From positions 9,917,962 through 9,981,961 of the forward strand of contig CAVNZM010000007.1 in the NCBI GenBank assembly GCA_963693365.1: a stretch of 64,000 bases of DNA. The letters are read 5' to 3'. Below the pieces are notes generated by a model. The model ran no database searches, had not been told where the DNA came from, and saw only the letters and a list, made by a program, of their open reading frames with translations. Source of the stretch: Amoebidium appalachense (taxonomy: Eukaryota; Protista; Ichthyosporea). The position numbers and the translations under genes are program-made. Shown here in pieces: positions 55,687-64,000 of the stretch; within the stretch, counting starts at the first letter, position 1, and each line of letters starts with the position of its first letter.

Positions 55687-57928
55687 TGGGTGTGTGTGTG
55701 CGTGCCACAGTGTGCGTGTGCGTGTGTTGGGGGAGAGGGGCGGGGGTGGGGGGGGGTACCCGGGGGGGGGGGGGGGGGGGGGGGGGGAGGGGGGAGGAGG
55801 ATGGGGGCTGTGATGAGGTACGGGCACCCAAGGCCAATATACAGCTGCTGGACCTCGAATTCGAATCGATCAATCAGCCCTGCAAAACTTTGTACATGTA
55901 CATATGATGATGACACCGACGTTATAAGATCATCACATACGCATCATGATATTCGTTAACGACACTGACAACTTTCCTTTTTTAATGACGGTGCACGGCA
56001 CGGTGATCATGACCAGGCCCCGTGGAGTCCGTGGTGTGACCCACGTCCCCCGAACCGGTGCATCATAATCATGAAAAGTAAGTTCATTATCGATATTTGT
56101 GCATAATATTATTTGCTTGCCCTGTTGCCTGGCCCATCCATGATTTACAAGTCCCACTACACTTTAAATTTATGTGTGTTGTTGTAATTATGCAGCTACT
56201 CGGAGTCTCAAGAGGTTGTTTTAGAGCGCCTAGAAAACACTTCCGATTTCATTGACGTCACAGTGCGGCGCATCATCATTCTCTAGACATACGTGCGTGG
56301 GCGGGTGCGACCCGGTCGGTTACATGTCACCGTGGGGGTTTACGCTGTTTACTCTCGAGACAGAGACTCGGTGCACATGATGACGATACGGCGTGAGTGG
56401 GGTGCCTGTCCCGCAGGTGGCCCAGCCTCTGAGAGGATGAAGGGGGGAGGCCGAAGTTGGTTGGACACGGAAGACATCTATTCTTGACATATTGCCTATC
56501 AGTGCACATATCGGATACACTATTTTGCCTTCCAGTGCAAACACATTTACTCACGGTGGTACCGGTAGTGGCCCCATGTGTTGTGTGTCCCGTCTGGCAA
56601 CAGTGGCATCATCCTGCGGACGTGCGTCATTCGCCCCGAGTAAACTTCCATGTGTGTGTAGGATCTAGATGCCGAACTTGAGCCAGCTCTACCCACAGCC
56701 CTTCTAAGCTTCTTGGCTTTGTTCTATTTGTGAAGTAAAGGTGGCACCACGCCCACACACTGTCAACACATGCATGTTTTTACTGCACCACTGACTGCGT
56801 GGGCGATTTTGTACACAACTCGAATGTGATTGAATAGAAGCTCCCGAGTATCAGGGTGCGGACCAATCAGCAATCTGTTGCCAGGGGTATTGCGTTATCA
56901 TGTATTGTGAGATGAGCTGAAAGTGTATGCATGTAGACGCAGCTCTCAAGAGTTCGGAAGCTTCACGAGAGTTAGAAAAATAACTATTACCACAGCCTTT
57001 TTGCCTTAATATTAAACACGAAGCTTTTTCATTTTGTTTCGTTGTTCTGTGCAATACACTTGCAGCCTTGCGTTGGTGATTTGCCCGCCCTAGGTAGTAT
57101 GTAGGGGGATCAGTTGAGGGTTTACGCTGTTTACTCGAGGCAAAGAGAAACCAGTCTCAGGTATGGGGGGGGTTTTGCTCGGAATATCCCCTCAGCGGTA
57201 TATCATGATGAGTGCAATGCGCACCGCGCACGTGATAGGTCGAGACTTTTGAGCGCGGCAGATTCTATCTGTCAGTTGACAGTGAGCTGCGGTGACGCTT
57301 CGCCGCTCGCGAGCAGCGAGTGCTGTTAGAAGTCTTCGTCTACTCGGAGTCGCCTCCATCTCATACCGGTTAGGGTTCAAGGATTCTACATTAGCGAGTA
57401 TAAAACTGTGTGTTTATAAAGTCTGCGGCCGTTCGGTCGGCCAAACTTGAAGGCATGCATACAGTTGTTCAAGAAAAGAATTTACCCCCGCCAAGTGGCA
57501 TCCACCTTTTTATTTGAAGAATTCCCCCTGGAGGGCCTGGATATCTGTTCGCGGCCAAACTTGAGAATGGTTGTCTTCTGTCTTGGCAGGTTGCTTCACC
57601 TGCTGTATCAATAAAATCCCGCAATGTGCTATTGATATACGCATTTATATCGTGGACTTGCATATGTGCTAGGAATTTTGCCTTGCACTCTTCTTTGGCC
57701 GTAACTTTCGTTCCCTAAACTTTGGAATGTTCTGAAATAGATTCGAGATCTCGTCATCTGTAACGGGTGAAATTTCGTTTCTTCCTTCGGCAAACACTTC
57801 GGAACTTAGAGCCCTGCCAGGAGCGAAGCTCTCCCTCCAGCTAGAGCCTCCCGAGCCCAGAGGGTAACGTGCGCGCGAGCCCTTATGCCCACAAGAGTTG
57901 TGTGCGTAGAGCGCGCACAGTCCTGCGC

Positions 57929-57936
57929 TATATAAG
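57929..57936 (+). promoter_or_regulatory. TATA box upstream of the Agd3-like gene
   Basis: TATATAAG lies ~100 nt upstream of the ATG at 58036. Confidence 0.45.
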
Positions 57937-58035
57937 ATGCCTCGCCTAAAGCGTGACCGTCACAGCCGCGGATTCAAGTGCCAGTAGCCCCCGTTGTAGC
58001 CGCAGCGGATGCTCACACCCACCTAACCATTCACC

Positions 58036-61000
58036 ATGGCCAGTAACTTGGCCCTTTCGCTATGCGCGTTTCTCTCGCTCACCAGCCGTGTGACCTTAGG
58101 AGCACCCGTTGGGGACGGAGGTAACGTTGGGCCTTTGGGCGACTCCATGGTGTCCCTCCACCTGAACCCAAACCTAGTGAACGACGGTTTCCCTGATGTT
58201 ACTCATGTCACTGATGTCACTGATGTGGAAATCGACAGCCCATCAAACACCACAGAGGTGGCAGGCAGTGTGGTGCTGCCTTTGCGCACACTGCTTGTGG
58301 GCAATGACGACAGCCTGCAGGTGCCCCGCATAGTGCTCGAGGGCTACAGCACACCCTTTGACACGGCCGCCAAGGTGCCCTCACTCTCAAGTCCCAAATA
58401 CAATGCTATTGTTGTGACCACTGACTCTCTGAGGGCCGACGAGTGGGCGCGGTTAAGAGCATACGGCGCACGGTACAACGTGCGCATTGCATACTTGAAG
58501 TCCCAACCCATCAACGTACCCGGTTTGAAAGCGGCCTCGCGCGGAGGCACCAATGTTGTATTTGATAGCAGCGACAAGGGGCAGCAGCTAGCTGACGTGC
58601 TAAACCCCGGGGGTGCTTGGCCCGTGCCTGGGGCGCTAGAGCCTCAGCCCGCCACTGTGGGCACAGCCACAGGAGACCTGACCGTGTTTATGCGCTTCAC
58701 CAGCGGCTCAAACCCAACTGCTGGTGGGCCCGTAGCGGCTGTAACTGCACGGGCAGATGCAGGTGGTGAGGAGATGCACTTTTTCTTCAATGCTGCAGCC
58801 AACGAGATATGCGATGACTGCAACGCGCCAAACACACGGGACCTCCCCAATAGTGATCTGAATGGCGAGTACACGTACCTCAACATGGCGTTGGTCAACG
58901 TTTGGTTCCAATGGGCCACTCGGGGTGTGTATCTGGGCCAGCGCCGGCAGTTTCTGGAGATGCAGCTGGACGACTACTTTCTCGACACCACCCTCTACTC
59001 CACCGGCAAGAATTTCCGCCTGTCTGGGCAGGACACAAGACTGGCGGCCGAGTGGTCGAGGTCTGTGTCTGACAGGCACAACCTGCCCGAGGGCTCACGG
59101 GTGCGCTTGGAGTTGGGCTTTAACGGTGCCGGCCACAGCGCCCAGGACCTGGAGAAGAGCGGTGATTTCTTCACGCACCCCGGGGGGCAGGGGGGGGGGG
59201 GGGGGGGGACGGGGAGAGAAAGTGGAGAAGGGTGGGGGGAGGGGGGGGGGAAGGGTCATCGTGAAGAGCCCTGAGGGACGAGCAAGTGTGGAAAGGGTCT
59301 TGAGGAGGGATGGAAAAAACACACATGGATAATAGGTAAGGAGGGAGAAGAGGTTGGGCAAGCTTGGTGGTGTAGGTGATGCAGGAACTGTGGATAGGGG
59401 ACAGTCGGGGAAAGGAAAATGCTTGTGTTTGGTGTGTGCTCGATTGGAAGGAGATGGGGGAAGGGGCGGAGGTGGTGGGGGGAGGGGGGGGAGGGGGGGG
59501 GGGGGGGGGGTGGTATGGGTGTTTCTTGAGTGAGCGAATCCCTCGTCCGTTTGAATGTCCTGAAACTTTTTTTGCTTCTGCTGCTCAAAAAATCATCCCT
59601 CGACCCTTACACTATCATCCATGCAGGGTTGGGCAAGGGGCTCAACGATGCCACCACCCAATACTTGGAGGATTTTGATTGGGTTTCGCACACGTGGTCG
59701 CACCAAAACCTCGACTGGCTGACTGCCGAGGATTGCAAACAGGGCAAATGGAAATGCCCCACGTCACGCAAAACAATTGATGCGGAAATTAGGCTGAATA
59801 GGAAGTTTGCTGATGGTGAAGCGGTGGTATCAGACCCTAGCCTCTCCCCACCTTACTCTAATTTCCAAAATACACCCGGCGGATTTATGTTCGGGCCCCG
59901 GCCAGACCTCAAGAATAAAATTTTCTCTGCAAACAGTTTGATTACACCCGAAATTTCGGGTCTTCGTCCGTTCGATTACGATTTCAACCTGTGGGGCAAC
60001 GAAGGGGCAAAGCCCCGACCGGGCAACACGGATGCCATTAAATCGTTTTTGGCCAATGGCATCGTGACTGTGGTTGGAGACAACTCGAGGGCTGAGCTGG
60101 TCTCAAAGGTAGGATATGGTCCCCTGTGTGTATGTGCGCGCACCAACATGTGCGGTTGTGGAAGGGTAAAAGGGGGAGGGGGTGGGGTGGGGGGAGGGGG
60201 GGGGGGGGGGGGGGGGGCACAGTTCGACACGGGGAGGGGGGAGGGGGGGGTTCTACGGGGCCCCGGGGGGGGGGGGGGGGGGCTCTTGTTTTTACAGCTG
60301 AAGGTACTTTGTATGTGTTGGTGTTCGGCAAGTTGTGTGTTCGTATTTGGGTGCTGTAGCTACCCGTGCATAGTGTGGTAAGTGTTTGTGTGGTTGTGTT
60401 ACGGCTCAGTAGTCTGCATGTGTGGTTGCAACGATCTGAGAGAAGGAAAAGATGAGCGCTAAGGAGACCGTGTGGTTGTGCCATCATTTGGCACCATATT
60501 CCCTGGCTTACAACCGCAGTCGCACCCTAACCCCTTTTCTTTTTCTTTTCAGGAGTCTCTGCACCACGGCATCATGACCACAGTGGCATCCCACGGTGCC
60601 AGTGGTGTTCTGATTATTCCCCGGTGGGCTGTCAACATGGCGTACAAAGTCCACACTGCATCCCTTTACACCCAGTTCTATAACGATAACAACGTGTGTT
60701 TCTGGGCTTCTGGCCCACCGTGCAAGAGTGGAAAGAAATATACGTTTGGGCAGGCAATGAAAAGGTAACCTCTCTTTGTTCACCCCATCCCCCCCTCCCA
60801 CCTCCCCCCACCTCCCCCCACCTCCCCCCCCCTCCCCCCCCCCCCCCCCCCCCCCGCCGCCCTCTAGATCTCCCCCTTTCCCCACCCCTCAGGAGTCCGC
60901 GTGCCCTCCTTCCCACCCTCCCCCCTCCCCCCCCTCCAAACCCCCCCCCCCCCCCCCCAACACACACACGCATACACATGCGCCGGGAGGGGGCTTGCCC

Positions 61001-61911
61001 CAGGCTTGGAAAGGTGAGAGGGCGGGAGTGTGTGGGGGTGGGAAGGGGGAGGTTGTGTTACATAGTCTTTTATGTGTGGTGTTATGTACTATAACAACAA
61101 ATATCGCATCGTTTTCGTCCGGATGAATGTTTGCATCCTCTCTCGTGCAACCACATAGACCTGCATACCTACACAAACCTTCCCTTTCCCGTGTCTCCCC
61201 ACAAAAAAAAAATACATAAAATAGCTCTCAGTTTCATGTCCGCTCGCAAGGAAAAAAAAAGGTTACCTCTTTTGCCGTGCACATATATCATTCTGGTCTG
61301 TACCAGAGATGAATGATGTTTGAACCTGCTCATCATCGGGATACGGTATCCGTTTGTTCGTAGCATATACCAAATATTTTAATCTCGCACACAAAAATGT
61401 TGAATGTCGCAGTGATAAAATGTGACCTAACTCAAACACTCACACAAACGTGCCCTACAGGGAAGCCACGTGGCCGCTGTATGCGCTTCTGGGCTACCGT
61501 GCCGACCCCTATATGTTCCACCAGGCCAACATGCACTTCTTTGCATACCAGGGCAAGCAGATCTCCCTCATCACCTATTGGGCCGATCTTGTGATCGAGC
61601 AGCTGCAACGCTACGTCACTGGGCTGCCCTTAACCTCCCCTAGAATGGATGAGGTTGGGGAGTATTTCCGGCAGCGTATGAGCCGTGACTCGTGCAATTT
61701 GGGGGGGTCTGTGACGTACCGCGGGGGTAAAATGGTGGAGTTGAACATCCAAGGTGGCCGGAAATGCACCGCCGTTCTGTCTGTGAATGGCCGTGTGGAT
61801 GGCGTAAGGGCGAAACCTAAATCGACCGGTCAATTGTCTAACGGGCCTGATACCATCTACGAAATCCCTGTTGATAGCAGGAAATCTGTTAAAGTACCTC
61901 TGTCTCAGTGA
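58036..61911 (+). CDS. Secreted Agd3-like (CE18-type) polysaccharide deacetylase, 4 exons
   Basis: Exons 58036-59161, 59627-60108, 60553-60764 and 61461-61911 are in phase with GT-AG junctions. Signal-peptide-like N-terminus. Motifs WATRGVYLGQRR..MQLDDYFL, ELGFNG, FDWVSHTWSHQNLD, LITPEISGL, VGDNSR, IIPRWA and PYMFHQANM match the Agd3 deacetylase domain. Confidence 0.88.
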
Positions 61912-62272
61912 GAAAATGCCTTAGATGAGATAATATATGGGCCCTATGGCTTTATCCAATGTAATCCTTATATAGTATAGGCGCTAAGACATAAACAATT
62001 TAAATTGTGGGCCTGTTTATAGGTCCTTGTATATAGTGTGATGTGATGATTAGGACGATTTAAGTAGCTTGAGTCGTATGAATATTCTGAAGAATGTGTC
62101 TCAAAGTAGAGTGCTGGCTACGTTTCCAGTGTATCTTTCAGCCATTCCCATGACCAGTCGGCATGATAAATTTATTCGGTAAATAAAGGGTTAAATTAAC
62201 ATGACCCCTCTGCTTTAAAATGCAATACGCATTTTCTACAAGTTTATATTTCCCAAATTAATGCGCAGGGCT

Positions 62273-62312
<40 letters not shown>

Positions 62313-62314
<2 letters not shown>

Positions 62315-62491
62315 CACCACCACAACGCGCGGAGAATGGGCTCTGTTTATTACGCCGCTGAGTTTTTGTTTGACTTTCGCTCTACATTGTGTGTTGTCCG
62401 TTATGATTGTGTTTTTGTTTGACTTTCGCTCTACATTGTGTGTTGTCCGTTATGATTGTGTACTTCGTACTCTGGACACATTCGAAATACT
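62313..62491 (+). mobile_element. Divergent 3'-terminal PLE module (subfamily C) between two poly-C tracts, with an internal 49-bp tandem duplication
   Basis: GAATGGGCTCTGTTTATTA...TGTGTACTTCGTACTCTGGACACATTCGAAATACT-(C)n; 62362-62410 is duplicated at 62411-62459. Confidence 0.65.
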
Positions 62492-63079
62492 CCCCCCCCC
62501 CCCCCCCCCCCCACCCCACCCGGACCCACCCTTCCCAGGCTCCCCCTCCCCCCCCCCTCCCCCCCCCCCCCCCCTCCCCCCCTATTTCCCTTTCAGACTG
62601 TTTGTGGAAATTCAGGAAAAGTCAGATATTACAACTTAGTGGTATAACTTGTAGATAGCCGTGTACAGGTGGTGTTGCAGTGCGCAAATCGGAATTGCGC
62701 TGCGTTACAGTGTGTGTTACATATACGTAAGTGATATAAAGTAGCTACCAGGAAGAGGTCACATCCGCTATGTTTGCACTAATATGATATAAGGGCACAC
62801 TAAGTGCACGATGGCAGTTCTGCCAGTGGAAAAGACTGGGGAATATGTCATTAGCCCTCTTGTTTCCATTTTTTGGATAGATGTGCCACTAGATCTAGAT
62901 TTACGCTGGGTGTATCTGCATTGTAAGCCCACTATACATAGCTAAATAAAATCTAGACAATTCCAAATTGCTGGTGTGCACGTGTTCGCACTCACGCTCG
63001 TGTGTGTGTGTGTGTGTGTGTACAGTATGTGTGTGTGTGTGTGTGTGTGTGTGTCACGTGTGTTTGTCTGTATTGTGTG

Positions 63080-63147
<68 letters not shown>

Positions 63148-64000
63148 GGGAGGGATGCGGATGAGGGGGGAGGGGGAGAGGGGGGGGGGGGGGGGGGCTG
63201 CAATATTTCATCATTAAACTCTGTGCACGTGTCACGAAAGTTTTGTGCTCAGACACAGTTAATACAGGATAGATCTTCCCTCCGTATGCTCACGCCTTCC
63301 TTTTCTTTCTTTCTTTCTTCTTCTCTTTTCACCTTATTTTCTTCTCCTTTTTTGTTCTTTTTTTGATCATTTTTGGTGGTGGTGGTGACCCATGGCCCAG
63401 TCGCGGTTTTCAGTTTTGGGTGGGTGGGTGAGTGTTGAAGGGGGGAGGGGGGGGAGAACCATACCATGGAGTCAAACATGGAGGATGGGGAGACGGCGGT
63501 TAGGGAGTGGTCGGTGGGGTATTGGGGCTTTGGGGGGGGATGGGGTGGGTGGGTGGGTGGGGGGTGCACGTGGGGGGCCGGGGGCAGGGCAGTGGGTGTG
63601 GGTGTGTGTGGGTGTTTGGGGTTGGTGTTTTGGGGGGCGGGGGGGGAAGGGGGGGTTTCGTCTTACATATTGGCTAATCTTGGGCAGGAAACACTCAACA
63701 TTTATTCAGTGACGGGTGCCACGTATGCACATTACACAAAGATATCATAATGGGGACATGTCATATCACACTGTTGAATCGCAACATGACCGCAAGCACT
63801 CGGAGTCTCGGACACAAAACAACACACTTACATGATTATCACTGCTTCACAAAGACTAATTCGTAACCATATGACGCAATAGTGTGTAGCAATGGAACAA
63901 AATCACTTTGGAGAAGTGTATCACTGCCCCCTTCTCACTCAGACTGATGGAGATAAAATTCTGCAAAACACACGTAGAGAGCAGAGTGACATTCCTCAAG

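Overview
Intron-rich eukaryotic genomic DNA saturated with poly-G/poly-C, (CA/TG)n and (GA/TC)n tracts; almost all ORF-track entries are repeat artefacts. Manual splicing recovers six genes: (1) a partial minus-strand gene with 18-aa repeats, a TM helix and a coiled coil (<113-2060); (2) a 40-aa Cys/His microprotein missed by the ORF track (4409-4531, +); (3) a ~25-kb minus-strand gene encoding ankyrin repeats, a Pro/Gln-rich linker, a coiled coil, a non-RD RLK/Pelle(IRAK)-type kinase and a C-terminal RING-HC, with GC-AG introns (5870-~31310); (4) a disordered protein with a C-terminal UBZ-type finger (32194-37944, -); (5) a probable mitochondrial ARM-like multi-pass membrane protein (38743-54831, +); (6) a secreted Agd3/CE18-like polysaccharide deacetylase (58036-61911, +). 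The most striking accessory signal is a Penelope-like retroelement system: a decayed, 5'-truncated Naiad/Chlamys-type RT with a ~2-kb structured 3' region, a second 1.5-kb truncated copy, and seven conserved 3'-terminal modules ending in or close to GCATTCAAA, each abutting a C run. Two MITE-like elements and several minisatellites are also present. The organism cannot be identified from the sequence; a unicellular eukaryote such as a holozoan protist is only a guess. Exon boundaries were inferred by eye, and some linker exons are approximate.
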